Virus record (IMG/VR): IMGVR_UViG_3300025528_000003
DNA length: 42,559 bases
Reading direction: 5' to 3' (one strand)
DNA from: a virus
In this document: piece by piece, positions 1 to 7,987 of the stretch
Layout of the letters: each line of letters begins with the position of its first letter
How positions within the stretch are numbered: the stretch's first letter is position 1
Position numbers and translations under genes: made by a program
Notes under the pieces: model-generated
The model's database searches: none
What the model was told of the DNA's origin: nothing
The model's input: the letters and a program-made list of their open reading frames with translations, nothing else

Positions 1-99
1 AAGGTGACGTAATTGGGCTGGGGAAATTTCGCTGAGGCCTTAGTCGCAGAGGCCCGTGCCCTTTCGACCAAGCTTCCGAAGTAATCGGTCCCACTCGCC
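1..99. repeat. 99-bp terminal direct repeat, copy 1 (= 42461..42559)
   Basis: Read directly: identical to the last 99 nt. The length matches a typical assembler k-mer overlap, so this is most simply circular-contig closure. Confidence 0.95.
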
Positions 100-701
100 G
101 GCTCCGGCTTGCCTGCCGTGAGGGCGTCGGCCAGCACACGCGGGTGAGCGCCACGCTGATGCAGCATCATGCAGAGGTTGGCGACATCCTCGAAATTGCC
201 GTCGTTGCCTTTCGCCAAATGCTCTATCAGCAGGCGCGCAAGATAGCTCTCGGGGCAGATGCTCGGATCATTCCAGCCGTGGCGTCCGCGCTCCTCCCGC
301 TCCCATTTCAGTTTCGCTTTCATGGCCGCTGCGAAGCGGTCGACGGCCTCGTCATCGGGGTGCGGCTTGCCTGCCGTGAGTGCGGAGAGGATGCGGCGCT
401 CTGTTTCCTTCATCACCCACCAGTCGAGGCTGTCTTGTACCGTGACCAACTGCCCCTGGATGCCTGACGTGGCTTTCCTCATATTAATAGCGGCTGCGCT
501 GATGATTTCTTCATAATCATCTTCGTCCAGCGGCTTCACTGGCTCCCTGGTAGCAGGTTCCGCTCGCACACGAGCAGCAGCTTCGAGGGCGGCGCGGGCG
601 ACAGCCTTGGCGTCTTCGCCAGACAAGCTGTAAGTGTCGTCCATTATCGGTACAGCCTCAATCGCCTTAATGGCCGCCTCGATTTCTCTTTCATTCACCA
701 T
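1..701 (-). CDS. 5' part (~234 codons) of a ~297-aa protein with two MazG-like all-alpha NTP pyrophosphohydrolase-like domains; continues across the circular junction into 42268..42460
   Basis: Own minus-strand translation. The frame is open from ATG 701 (AAGGAG 7 nt upstream) to the window edge, and is in phase with ORF 42268..42531 through the 99-bp overlap. It is absent from the ORF track because it has no in-window stop. The middle segment KLKWEREERGRHGW...EDVANLCMML looks like a phage dNTP-diphosphohydrolase/MazG fold. Confidence 0.7.
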   Translation of the reverse strand, partial: MVNEREIEAAIKAIEAVPIMDDTYSLSGEDAKAVARAALEAAARVRAEPATREPVKPLDEDDYEEIISAAAINMRKATSGIQGQLVTVQDSLDWWVMKETERRILSALTAGKPHPDDEAVDRFAAAMKAKLKWEREERGRHGWNDPSICPESYLARLLIEHLAKGNDGNFEDVANLCMMLHQRGAHPRVLADALTAGKPEPASGTDYFGSLVERARASATKASAKFPQPNYVT

Positions 702-754
702 TTCCATTCTCCTTCAGTAATTTGCGGGCGGCGCGGAGTTCATCCGCGAAGGTT

Positions 755-1048
755 TCACTCGCCATGACGGTCGCCTCCTGATGGGTGGGAAGTCACCAAC
801 TCGCGACCGGCTGGCGTGATGCAATAACCCGCTCCCGCGACGTCTCCATCGTCGGTGATTAATCCGCGCCAGAACTCAGCAAACCCTTTGCGCGCCAAGG
901 CACGAACTATGCGGCGGACTTCGGAAATGTCTTCCATGTTCGCGTAGCTGGCGATCCGCTTGAAGTTAGCGCAATATTCTCCGTAGGGCGCAGAGCACTC
1001 GTTCAATGCAACAAGGACACGCTCGTGGTGTGGAAGTATCTTGCTCAT
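755..1048 (-). CDS. Hypothetical protein, possible winged-helix
   Basis: 97-aa ORF in the co-directional early operon. Its start overlaps the stop of the upstream gene (1045..). Confidence 0.6.
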   Translation of the reverse strand: MSKILPHHERVLVALNECSAPYGEYCANFKRIASYANMEDISEVRRIVRALARKGFAEFWRGLITDDGDVAGAGYCITPAGRELVTSHPSGGDRHGE

Positions 1049-1257
1049 TCTGCGTCCTCCTTGGTCGGCCAGTCTTTCAGCTGCTCATTCTCGGCAGCCA
1101 GTGCATCGCGCTCGGCCAGCAAGTCGCTGATGGCCTCTGCCACTTCAAGGCAGGTTTGCGCGTCCTGACCGTCTGCCGTTCCGGTCTGCTGAATATGGTA
1201 CGCAAGCGCACCAAGGCGGCGCGATAGCCCCGCATAGTCTGGTGTGGTGTCAGTCAT
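1045..1257 (-). CDS. Hypothetical coiled-coil protein (70 aa)
   Basis: Internal ATG (MTDTTPDY...) of ORF 1045..1548. It overlaps the stop of the 1250..1795 gene by 8 nt. The longer N-terminal extension would run antisense through a better ORF. Confidence 0.5.
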   Translation of the reverse strand: MTDTTPDYAGLSRRLGALAYHIQQTGTADGQDAQTCLEVAEAISDLLAERDALAAENEQLKDWPTKEDAE

Positions 1258-1795
1258 GGCGGGCCTCCGCTTTGGTGGGCGTCTCCAATCCGCTGTGCAG
1301 GTCGCTGAATGATTTCCAATCGGCGGGCGTCCAATCGCGGGAATAGACTTCTCCGCGCGGCTTAATCGGCCTCCATGCCTCATCGCAGAAAAGGCGATAG
1401 TGATAGACTTCGCGCGCCTTGCCTTCTGGTGAGTATGGCGGCTCGATCCAGACAAGCGAAACGTCATCGCCGTAAAACGCTTCTGCCCAACGCCCAGCCA
1501 TCTTGCGATTGAAAGGCAATGGATAGGACCGCCCACGCTCAATGCCAACGAAACTCAAGGACAGGTGATAGCAGCGCTCGTAGTCAGGGTTTTTCCACCA
1601 ACCTGACGAATGGTGCCCTGCATCGCGTGTGAATATGATCTGGCACTGCGTCGGCCCGTGGTAATGGGTGCAGTCGATCAGGTACCTACGCGAGGCCGGA
1701 CTGTCGCGACCATCGAATATCAACTTGGCAGCGCGTAGCTTAGCCCACGAAACAAGTTGCCGGTCTGGCGCGGCGATCTTAAGGATGCTGCTCAT
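1250..1795 (-). CDS. Hypothetical phage protein (181 aa)
   Basis: Long ORF with start/stop coupling to its neighbours. No motif recognised. Confidence 0.7.
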   Translation of the reverse strand: MSSILKIAAPDRQLVSWAKLRAAKLIFDGRDSPASRRYLIDCTHYHGPTQCQIIFTRDAGHHSSGWWKNPDYERCYHLSLSFVGIERGRSYPLPFNRKMAGRWAEAFYGDDVSLVWIEPPYSPEGKAREVYHYRLFCDEAWRPIKPRGEVYSRDWTPADWKSFSDLHSGLETPTKAEARHD

Positions 1796-2061
1796 TTCTG
1801 CGCCTCGTCGTAGGAGAGGATGGCGTCACGAATGTCGGATACCGCATCACAGGCATACTCACGTGCAGATGTGTGCTTTATCTCGCGGCTTCCGAACGTG
1901 CTGAGCCACCTATCTGCTATCTCCGCCGCCCGCTGGTCACGAGCAAGGAGGGCCTTGGCGACTTCACGGATGCAATTGTCGCTGCGGAACGGGCGGAAAT
2001 GCGGGTCTTCAAACAGATCCCGCGCCTCCTTCCACACGCTCTCGGGAATCCTATCGGTCAT
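1792..2061 (-). CDS. Hypothetical protein (89 aa)
   Basis: Internal ATG (MTDRIPESVW...) of ORF 1792..2250, chosen so that it only minimally overlaps the HNH gene. Confidence 0.5.
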   Translation of the reverse strand: MTDRIPESVWKEARDLFEDPHFRPFRSDNCIREVAKALLARDQRAAEIADRWLSTFGSREIKHTSAREYACDAVSDIRDAILSYDEAQK

Positions 2062-2455
2062 GGCCGGTGGCCTCCTGAAATAGCTTGCGCGGCGGCAGGC
2101 TCGGCTTGGGAGTGCGAGCCTTCTTCGCGAAACCGCGTGATTTGATGGTGCCTTTCGGGCGAGCTGCCCCGATGTGCTTGGCGCGAAGGGCCGCGACTTT
2201 CGCCTTCTCCGCAACGGCCTGAGCAGTGTGCGCCTTGTGGCATTTCTCATGAGCCGGGAAGATCATGCTTTCGCGGTTTTCGCCGCCATTGATCAGGGCC
2301 GGATCGTGGTTAGCTTCCCACTTCTGGCCAACCTGGATCGGCTGTTTGCAGAGATGGCATATGCCTTTCTCTCGCTCGAAGATGCGAACGCGAACACGTG
2401 GGGGTATCTTGGTGTCGGGCGTCTTCCCGATCCATTCCTTGACGGTGCGGGGCAT
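2051..2455 (-). CDS. HNH endonuclease
   Basis: Motifs CHLC...WEANHDPALINGGEN...HEKCH, a classic HNH/zinc-finger pattern. Confidence 0.85.
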   Translation of the reverse strand: MPRTVKEWIGKTPDTKIPPRVRVRIFEREKGICHLCKQPIQVGQKWEANHDPALINGGENRESMIFPAHEKCHKAHTAQAVAEKAKVAALRAKHIGAARPKGTIKSRGFAKKARTPKPSLPPRKLFQEATGHDR

Positions 2456-2751
2456 CAGATAAGCCCCGCTGTCAGCGCGAAGCTCGCGCCCTTGGACAAT
2501 TCCTCGTCCAGTATCCGCGCAAGCTCACGCTCCATTTTCATGATTTCCACCTCTTCACGAAGCTGCCGGTGCAGATCATTGTCGATCAGCCTCGGCCTTG
2601 CCCGCAGTGTGCGGGTGTGCTCGCGAACGGTACAGGTTCGGATAAGGGCCGACGCGGACGGGGAACCATTCCCCGCCTCCCTAGAAGCTTCCAGGCGAGA
2701 TTGCTTCCTCTTGGCTGATGCGTCAGCCCTGTCTCGTGTGGATCTGCTCAT
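2455..2751 (-). CDS. Hypothetical basic protein (98 aa)
   Basis: ORF with GGGAGGG 5 nt upstream of the ATG and a TGATG overlap with the HNH gene start. Confidence 0.5.
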   Translation of the reverse strand: MSRSTRDRADASAKRKQSRLEASREAGNGSPSASALIRTCTVREHTRTLRARPRLIDNDLHRQLREEVEIMKMERELARILDEELSKGASFALTAGLI

Positions 2752-2784
2752 GCTGCCCTCCCAAGCTGGTCGCGGACGAAGATG

Positions 2785-3060
2785 TCAGTCATCACGATCC
2801 TCCGCCCAGTGACGGCAAGCGGGTGCCCGTGCGCGAATGTCTGTGCCGGGGCCTCCGGTCCAATTTCTGCGCATGAGAGCGCATTTCAGGTATGTTTTTG
2901 CCAGTCGATTGCGGTATATGTGCTTACATGTGCCGCATGTTTCGCCTTCCGGTCCCGTCCCGGGTGGAGCGGCGTACCCTCGTGGCTGCGTCGTCTTCCG
3001 GCCCCTTAAAAGAGCGCGCGCCTCTTCAACTGAAATCTCGTTGCCGAACATGTCTCTCAT
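2785..3060 (-). CDS. Hypothetical Cys-containing (zinc-ribbon-like) protein
   Basis: 91-aa ORF with CGTCKH...C...C. Coupled to the neighbouring genes. Confidence 0.6.
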   Translation of the reverse strand: MRDMFGNEISVEEARALLRGRKTTQPRGYAAPPGTGPEGETCGTCKHIYRNRLAKTYLKCALMRRNWTGGPGTDIRARAPACRHWAEDRDD

Positions 3061-3503
3061 GCGGCCCTCCTGAGGTCTTCGGGATTGGTAAGGACGATGC
3101 CCTTCTCGCAGAAGTGCTGCCAGATCGCGTTGAGATAACGATGCTTCTGAGCCGTGGTCATGATCCGAGTAATCGGCATGTCCAAAGGCTCCTGCATCAC
3201 GGCAAGCTTCTGCTCGTAGGGCAGTGGCTTTACGATGGCGTCATAGCGCTCGCGGAAGGCTTCGTTTTCCTCTCGCAGGATCGGCACGCCTAGGTGAAGC
3301 TTGCAGTAGCCGCGGATTTCTTCTGGCGTTACATCGCCAAGCTGCTCGGCAATCTCCTGCATCCACTTCCGTTGAAGTTTGTTTTGGAGCGATGTCCGTA
3401 TCTTCCCTGCCGTGACAGTGCAGGTGAACGGAAGCTTCTGCCCCTCAAGGAAGCGGATGAGCATCTTCCGGTCGTACTCGGTTTCCACGATCCTGTCGGC
3501 CAT
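3057..3503 (-). CDS. NinB/Orf-like recombination mediator
   Basis: Start is at MADRIVE, with GGGAGGTGGAG upstream. The pattern TVTAGKIRTSLQNKLQRKWMQEIAEQ and the C-terminal ITRIMTTAQKHRYLNAIWQHFCEKGI mirror the layout of lambda/P22 NinB (recalled, not searched). Confidence 0.55.
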   Translation of the reverse strand: MADRIVETEYDRKMLIRFLEGQKLPFTCTVTAGKIRTSLQNKLQRKWMQEIAEQLGDVTPEEIRGYCKLHLGVPILREENEAFRERYDAIVKPLPYEQKLAVMQEPLDMPITRIMTTAQKHRYLNAIWQHFCEKGIVLTNPEDLRRAA

Positions 3504-3516
3504 TGCTCCACCTCCC

Positions 3517-3933
3517 TCAGCCCGCACGCTTCCATTTCACCCCATAGGCGGGGTGGCTTTCGCCCCGTTTCAGGTGGCGATATTCCTGGAAGCGCGGTGC
3601 GTTCAGATTTTCCTTTTGGGTTCCCCACTCCAAATTGCCTGGTCGGTTGTTTGCTGCGTTCTCGTCCTTGTGCATACAAACAGCATCTGGGAATGGTTTT
3701 GGCCCGTTGAAGGCTTCACAGACGAGCTGCGCGACCTTGTAGGTGCGTCCTTTGTGTACGATGATGAAACGAGCGTCTTGCTTGTTCCACACGCCAAAGT
3801 GGGGTTCACCACCGTATTGCCGCGTTCCCCCGTGCGGCATGGGAGCCTCGTAGGGAGCGACCATGATGCGCCCCTCGCTCGAAACGAGAAACTGAGGAGC
3901 GCTCGGCACGACTTTCCAGACTTCGCCAATCAA
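3517..3933 (-). CDS. HNH homing endonuclease (NUMOD4-like N-terminus + HNH_3-like core)
   Basis: Motifs [18 protein letters not shown] and [22 protein letters not shown]. Confidence 0.8.
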   Translation of the reverse strand: MIGEVWKVVPSAPQFLVSSEGRIMVAPYEAPMPHGGTRQYGGEPHFGVWNKQDARFIIVHKGRTYKVAQLVCEAFNGPKPFPDAVCMHKDENAANNRPGNLEWGTQKENLNAPRFQEYRHLKRGESHPAYGVKWKRAG

Positions 3934-4391
3934 AATGGGATCTCCGAGTCGTCCAGATCGACGCGGCTTCCTTCGCCATCCCCGTAGCTGCTCTGCTGCT
4001 CGCCGTATCCGCTCTGTGACGGGCCACGGTCGGACTGCGATTTGTTGTCGAGCATCTGGAGTTCGCCGCGATACTTCTGGAGCACTATTTCCGTGGTGTA
4101 CCGATCATGCCCGGACTGGTCCTGCCATTTGCGGGTTTGCAGGGAGCCTTCCAGATAGACCTTCATGCCTTTACGAAGGTATTGCTCTGCGAGCTTCGCC
4201 AAATTGTCATTGAAGATGACTACCTGATGCCATTCTGTCTTTTCGCGGCGCTCGCCCGTGTTCTTGTCGCGCCAGCTTTCCGATGTGGCGATGCGAAGGT
4301 TTACAACCGGATCGCCGCTCTGAAGCCTGCGAACTTCCGGATCGGCTCCAAGGTTGCCTACGAGGATGACGCGATTAACAGAACCTGCCAT
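3930..4391 (-). CDS. ssb: Single-stranded DNA-binding protein
   Basis: N-terminal OB-fold signature ([15 protein letters not shown]...), a Gly/Gln/Ser-rich linker and an acidic DDSEIPF tail. Confidence 0.95.
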   Translation of the reverse strand: MAGSVNRVILVGNLGADPEVRRLQSGDPVVNLRIATSESWRDKNTGERREKTEWHQVVIFNDNLAKLAEQYLRKGMKVYLEGSLQTRKWQDQSGHDRYTTEIVLQKYRGELQMLDNKSQSDRGPSQSGYGEQQSSYGDGEGSRVDLDDSEIPF

Positions 4392-4393
4392 GA

Positions 4394-5167
4394 TTAACCT
4401 GCCATGATTGGGTGTTGATGTGGGTTGGACGTGCCGTTTACTGGCGTATCGCCGGGGAACACGTCCTCGGCTTCGGTAGATTTGATTTCCTGGATACGAG
4501 CGGCGAACTTGTCGCGGGCAACATCCACGTAGTCACGTGTCCAGCCGTCGCGGTCGAAGATATGCTTCCAGCCTTCAGCGCATTTCTTGACGGCAGTCGT
4601 GGTCTTGCAATCGAGCAAGTCTTGCTCAATTGCCGCGAGGCCACGCTTCATTTCAGCGTAGCTCACGCGGTCTTTTTGCTGTGCGACCTCTCTGCGGTCC
4701 GTAGTGCGGGGTTCTTCCTTGTCGCGGAACCCTTCGTTGACGGTCGCAACGTATTTCTGATCGTCCCATCTCCCGAGGAAGATGTTGGCAGCGATGCCGA
4801 GATGCGATGCAGCCTTTACAATGGCGTCCGTCAGGCTCTTCTTAGGCGCGTCTTCATCGCTCATCAAACCATTGCGGGTTTTCATCAAAGCTTTGGTTTG
4901 CCCGTAGCTTTCAAAGCAGTTGGCCCGGTCCTCATGCCAAAATCGGACACGACACCAGTGCAGGACTTCATCCCCGAGCGGTTGGAACCCGTCCTCCAGG
5001 ACCTCCCAGCCGAAGCCCTTTCCGACCGGCCCGAAAATCTCAGTCAAACAACGAATAACATACTGGGGATTCGGCGATGTCCCCTTGTAGGACTTCCCGG
5101 TGATCGGCTTAGTATACGCAGGGTCGATATCCGCGAAAGTATTCCAGATCTTGAGATTGTCACTCAT
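4394..5167 (-). CDS. Rad52/Sak-like single-strand annealing protein
   Basis: Motif [25 protein letters not shown] resembles the Rad52/Sak signature. It lies directly upstream of ssb. Confidence 0.55.
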   Translation of the reverse strand: MSDNLKIWNTFADIDPAYTKPITGKSYKGTSPNPQYVIRCLTEIFGPVGKGFGWEVLEDGFQPLGDEVLHWCRVRFWHEDRANCFESYGQTKALMKTRNGLMSDEDAPKKSLTDAIVKAASHLGIAANIFLGRWDDQKYVATVNEGFRDKEEPRTTDRREVAQQKDRVSYAEMKRGLAAIEQDLLDCKTTTAVKKCAEGWKHIFDRDGWTRDYVDVARDKFAARIQEIKSTEAEDVFPGDTPVNGTSNPHQHPIMAG

Positions 5168-5670
5168 CGCGTCCTCACCATCAAACCTTCTTCCCCAAGC
5201 TCAAGCTGAGCGCCTGGGATCGTTTCTCCGGCTTCAAGAGCAGCCTTGATGTCTGCCGTCTTTGGCTTGCGCTCGATCTGGTAGTAGCCCTGCGGTAGAT
5301 CATCCACGCTCGTGACGACGACCTTGGTGCGCGGCTTGGTGATGGACACCGTGGCGTCAGGCAGCGTCACCTTTGACAGATCAGCGGCAAGCAGAACGTC
5401 GCGAAGGAGCTTCTTTGCGCCTTCTTCCTTGCGCTCGTATCGCTTCTGCCTGGCTTCGATCTCCTGCTTGCGGGCCTTGACCGCCTCGGCCATTGTCTTG
5501 GCATCGAGCGCGATGCGCAGGATGCGGTCCACAAGGCGGTGTAGGTCTGTCTCGCCCTCGATCATGTCAGCGCGAAGCTGGTCGTCCTCGGTCATTTCCG
5601 GGTACTGTTCCAGGAGAGCAGCGACGTGCGCCTTGAAGGCGGCGATATCGACATGCAGCCAGCTAGCCAT
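5164..5670 (-). CDS. Gp157-like recombination-module protein
   Basis: 168-aa coiled-coil protein immediately upstream of the SSAP and SSB genes, the usual Gp157 position. The family call is by recall only. Confidence 0.45.
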   Translation of the reverse strand: MASWLHVDIAAFKAHVAALLEQYPEMTEDDQLRADMIEGETDLHRLVDRILRIALDAKTMAEAVKARKQEIEARQKRYERKEEGAKKLLRDVLLAADLSKVTLPDATVSITKPRTKVVVTSVDDLPQGYYQIERKPKTADIKAALEAGETIPGAQLELGEEGLMVRTR

Positions 5671-5830
5671 TGATGTCTCTCTCTCTGATATACCAGTGCC
5701 AGTGCCAGCGGGCGCTCTTGACCAGTCGGGCTATGTCTTCTTTCGTGGAGATGCCCCATTCCTTGCGACGGCGAGCCGTATCCAGAAGGCTAAGGGCACA
5801 GCGGCGAAGGGCTATTGCTGTCTCGCTCAT
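5663..5830 (-). CDS. Hypothetical protein (55 aa)
   Basis: Internal ATG with GGAGG upstream, within ORF 5663..6031. Confidence 0.5.
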   Translation of the reverse strand: MSETAIALRRCALSLLDTARRRKEWGISTKEDIARLVKSARWHWHWYIRERDING

Positions 5831-5946
5831 GAGAAAGCCTCCAGATAGGCGAGGACCACCACGAGAAAACAGACGATGGCTATGCCTGCGAGTGTGTCTT
5901 GGATTGTGCCCGCTATGCGGGATCGGATGGCGAGGAAGCGGTTCAC
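5827..5946 (-). CDS. Possible 39-aa membrane micro-protein (GTG start)
   Basis: Own translation: VNRFLAIRSRIAGTIQDTLAGIAIVCFLVVVLAYLEAFS. GTGA overlap with the upstream stop and ATGA overlap with the downstream start. Below the ORF-track size cutoff. Confidence 0.3.
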   Translation of the reverse strand: MNRFLAIRSRIAGTIQDTLAGIAIVCFLVVVLAYLEAFS

Positions 5947-6215
5947 ACCACACCTTCCCGGCGCATCTCTGCGATGCGCTCGCCCCGGATTTCCTCACGC
6001 TCGAACCTGGACAAGGGTACAGACGGCACATAAGCGTCCGTCACGTCCTTGATGCCCAGCGGGGCGCGGGTGATCTCGAGCACCTCGATGATGTCTTCCG
6101 GGCTGTCCCAGCAAAAATCGCGCAGGGCGCTTTCGTCATCGAAGTGATCGGCTGCCGCCACCGGCTTCTGCCGAAGAGGCGTGTAGCACTGGTACTTCAC
6201 GATCCATTCTTTCAT
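5943..6215 (-). CDS. Hypothetical protein (90 aa)
   Basis: ORF in operon context, coupled to its neighbours. Confidence 0.6.
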   Translation of the reverse strand: MKEWIVKYQCYTPLRQKPVAAADHFDDESALRDFCWDSPEDIIEVLEITRAPLGIKDVTDAYVPSVPLSRFEREEIRGERIAEMRREGVV

Positions 6216-6376
6216 GACTGTGCTCCTTTGAGAGCGGCGCGGGCCTCATCGAGGAACCGGGTTGAAAAGCCGGTACTTTCAAGAAAAGACACCAAACGTT
6301 TCAGAGCCTCCCGAAGCCTGCGGTTCTCTTCTTCCAGCGCCTTGATGTGCGCCATGTCTGGATTGGTGGAGGGCAT
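6212..6376 (-). CDS. Hypothetical coiled-coil protein (54 aa)
   Basis: The ATG lies directly after the stop of the 6378.. gene. The longer form of ORF 6212..6526 would overlap that gene. Confidence 0.4.
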   Translation of the reverse strand: MPSTNPDMAHIKALEEENRRLREALKRLVSFLESTGFSTRFLDEARAALKGAQS

Positions 6377-6377
6377 G

Positions 6378-6674
6378 TCACTGGCCCCCATTGCGGTCGG
6401 GGACAGTGCAGCTCTCGTCTTTGGATATGGCCATGAGCGCATCGACAGCCGACTTGTTTTTGGCGTAAAATGCGTCTGCCGCTTCCTGCCCCTCGTCATG
6501 GAAAAGTCCGATGCAGGGCTCACCATTTGGTGGTTCGTCGGAAATCATCGTCAGTCCGGTTACGATGCTTTCGATGGAACCATCATCAGCCAACTCGACA
6601 GGGCAGAAGGCAAAGAGGCCGTCATAAAAAATAGCCGATGCATCAATCATCCACTTGCGTCCGTTGTCGCTCAT
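6378..6674 (-). CDS. Hypothetical acidic protein (98 aa)
   Basis: ATG 6674 is preceded by AAGGAG at 6-nt spacing. Confidence 0.55.
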   Translation of the reverse strand: MSDNGRKWMIDASAIFYDGLFAFCPVELADDGSIESIVTGLTMISDEPPNGEPCIGLFHDEGQEAADAFYAKNKSAVDALMAISKDESCTVPDRNGGQ

Positions 6675-6685
6675 GTCCTGCTCCT

Positions 6686-6970
6686 TCACTGTTCGGAGGG
6701 GGTGGGGAGGGAGGCTTCGGCCTTGGCGATAGCGCGACGGATCTGCTCGCGTGTTTCGCCTAAAGATGACCCGAATCCAGCGCGCATTTCGGCTTCGATC
6801 TGCTTCAGAGCGGAGAGCATGTCAGAGGCAATCTCGGCGCGCACAAATAGAGCCGCCTCAAGACGAGCGAGTTCACGGGCGGCACGGCGCATCAGAGCAT
6901 GATCTTGGCTAACACTGCGATGAGCGCCGTTGATGGCTTCGTGCAGGTCGGTGACGATGTCAGTCGTCAT
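6686..6970 (-). CDS. Hypothetical helical protein (94 aa)
   Basis: ORF with start/stop coupling. Confidence 0.55.
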   Translation of the reverse strand: MTTDIVTDLHEAINGAHRSVSQDHALMRRAARELARLEAALFVRAEIASDMLSALKQIEAEMRAGFGSSLGETREQIRRAIAKAEASLPTPSEQ

Positions 6971-7179
6971 TGCGCGATCTCCCTATGTCCAAAGAGGAAT
7001 TCGTCTTCGCGGAACTCATCACCGGATACGCAATTTCCGCAGACGCACTCGCCGGGGACGGTTCTCTCCATTGACGCGATGGCGTAGAATTCCGCGCGGC
7101 CATTTCCGCACACTTCACATGCGCCCCAGCTTCGATGAACAAGGCGGGTGTACCGGATGAAGGCCGGACGCTGGCTCAT
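6967..7179 (-). CDS. Hypothetical zinc-ribbon protein (70 aa)
   Basis: Two CxxC pairs (CEVCGNG...CVCGNC). Confidence 0.6.
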   Translation of the reverse strand: MSQRPAFIRYTRLVHRSWGACEVCGNGRAEFYAIASMERTVPGECVCGNCVSGDEFREDEFLFGHREIAQ

Positions 7180-7331
7180 TCCAGCATCCCCTGAAGCTTC
7201 GCCTTCTGAGCCTCATAGGCTGCGATGAGGTCGCGGTCCTGATGCTTCTCCATGTAGGAGCGGGCACGGCTGAGAACGCGGTCGCATTCTGCGATTGCTT
7301 CGATCACGCGGCGCTTCTGTTCGTAGGTCAT
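7176..7331 (-). CDS. First gene of the leftward early operon, hypothetical (51 aa)
   Basis: ATG 7331 has GGAGAG upstream. The longer form to 7496 would read through an A9 run and the operator region. Confidence 0.5.
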   Translation of the reverse strand: MTYEQKRRVIEAIAECDRVLSRARSYMEKHQDRDLIAAYEAQKAKLQGMLE

Positions 7332-7424
7332 CTCGCTCTCCTCTCTCGGCATCTGGCAGAGCCGTCTCTGCCGTTTCGATGGGCAGATCTGGCTGGTGCC
7401 GTCTTCGTGCCCGTTGACCCTTCT

Positions 7425-7453
7425 CTTTTCGCACGCAATTGCGTTAATGTCAA
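7425..7453 (-). promoter_or_regulatory. Candidate leftward early promoter module (PL-like): TTGACA -35 plus operator; -10 unclear
   Basis: Minus strand reads TTGACATTAACGCAATTGCGTG, 21/22 identical to the rightward promoter module at 8458-8479. The -10 position reads only GAAAAG/CGAAAA. Confidence 0.45.
7433..7444. promoter_or_regulatory. 12-bp perfect palindrome ACGCAATTGCGT (operator, left copy)
   Basis: Read directly. An identical palindrome is at 8467-8478. Confidence 0.7.
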
Positions 7454-7484
7454 CACGTGTGAACGAGATAGCGTGCATTTTTTT

Positions 7485-7513
7485 TTGACTTTGCACGAAT
7501 CAGCGTTTATGCT
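7485..7513 (+). promoter_or_regulatory. Sigma70-like promoter TTGACT-N17-TATGCT pointing rightwards into an ORF-free segment
   Basis: Read directly. It diverges from the PL-like module. Confidence 0.45.
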
Positions 7514-7519
7514 TGGGGA

Positions 7520-7838
7520 ACATTAGAAGCGGCGACCCGGTGCAACTCCGTGGCCAGCTAAGCCGCAGGCGCGGGTGTCGAAAGTCCTACCGTGCTGCTG
7601 GAAAGTGAGGACGGATTAGCCGAGAGGCGTCCTGCCAGATGCGACCGACCGACCGACGGTTCAGGCCGACTGATGGCAAAGATGCTCCCGCCTTTCAGGC
7701 TTAGGTCTGAGGGGTAGGGGGTGTCTTTGCCTTCGCTTCCCTCCCTCTCTCTGGTTCAGAACCCTCTTTCACTGAGAGATTAGAGCACAACTTTAAGGCC
7801 TATGTACTAGGCGGACCAAAAATCGCCGGTCTCTGAAT
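7520..7838 (+). ncRNA. Candidate structured non-coding RNA of unknown class (strand provisional)
   Basis: No ORF of 60 aa or more on either strand, with stops in all frames. GC-rich with nested complementary segments: 7532-39/7572-80, 7550-54/7562-66, 7608-13/7628-33, 7709-21/7737-49. A promoter lies immediately upstream. Confidence 0.3.
7642..7657. repeat. Tetranucleotide repeat (CGAC)x4
   Basis: Read directly, inside the ORF-free segment. Confidence 0.9.
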
Positions 7839-7853
7839 GTTCTCATTTTGTTC
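7839..7853. promoter_or_regulatory. GTTC-N7-GTTC, exact match to the alphaproteobacterial LexA (SOS) box
   Basis: GTTCtcattttGTTC read directly, in an AT-rich intergenic stretch. It abuts TTGCCA (7854-59) -N17/18- CTTAAT/TTAATT. Confidence 0.5.
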
Positions 7854-7883
7854 TTGCCAATGAATAGGAATTCAGTCTTAATT
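7854..7883 (+). promoter_or_regulatory. Candidate rightward promoter next to the SOS box
   Basis: TTGCCA, a 17-18 nt spacer, then (C)TTAAT(T). Confidence 0.3.
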
Positions 7884-7917
7884 GGGTACTCATGGCGAGC
7901 CAGTAAGGGAGGCAGTT

Positions 7918-7977
7918 TTGAGTACCATGTACGCTGTGCAGGGCTTCATTAAGGAAAATCTCCCTGTCGTCTCGTGA
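7918..7977 (+). CDS. Possible 19-codon leader ORF
   Basis: AAGGGAGG (7905-12) lies 5 nt before TTG 7918 (alternative ATG at 7927). Its TGA overlaps GTG 7974 of the next ORF. Confidence 0.2.
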   Translation: MSTMYAVQGFIKENLPVVS

Positions 7978-7987
7978 GGGACGGGGA
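7951..7987 (-). terminator. Intrinsic terminator for the repressor transcript
   Basis: 8-bp stem (7961-68 / 7980-87, one G-U pair), followed on the minus strand by GAUUUUCC. Confidence 0.55.

Noticed and set aside
1-99. The 99-bp terminal repeat as genuine phage direct terminal repeats or a cos region.
   Set aside because: The repeat falls inside a continuous reading frame, and its length equals a common assembler k-mer. A circular-contig overlap is the simpler explanation. The real packaging ends cannot be inferred from the sequence alone.
5670-6902. 410-aa plus-strand ORF across the leftward early operon. 40575..41384(+), opposite int, is similar.
   Set aside because: It runs antisense to a series of translationally coupled minus-strand genes. 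It is Arg/Ser-rich and has no recognisable domain.
7176-7496. The long (106-aa) form of the first leftward gene.
   Set aside because: It would start inside the A9/T9 run and translate through the operator palindrome and the -35 element. The internal ATG 7331 has a proper RBS.
7527-7700. Resemblance to RNase P RNA (GAAAGUCC, AACUCC...AGCUAAGCC) and to cobalamin riboswitch strings (CCGGUGCAA).
   Set aside because: These are only short isolated matches. The remaining conserved regions and helices of either family are absent, and the context is wrong (no downstream regulated gene).
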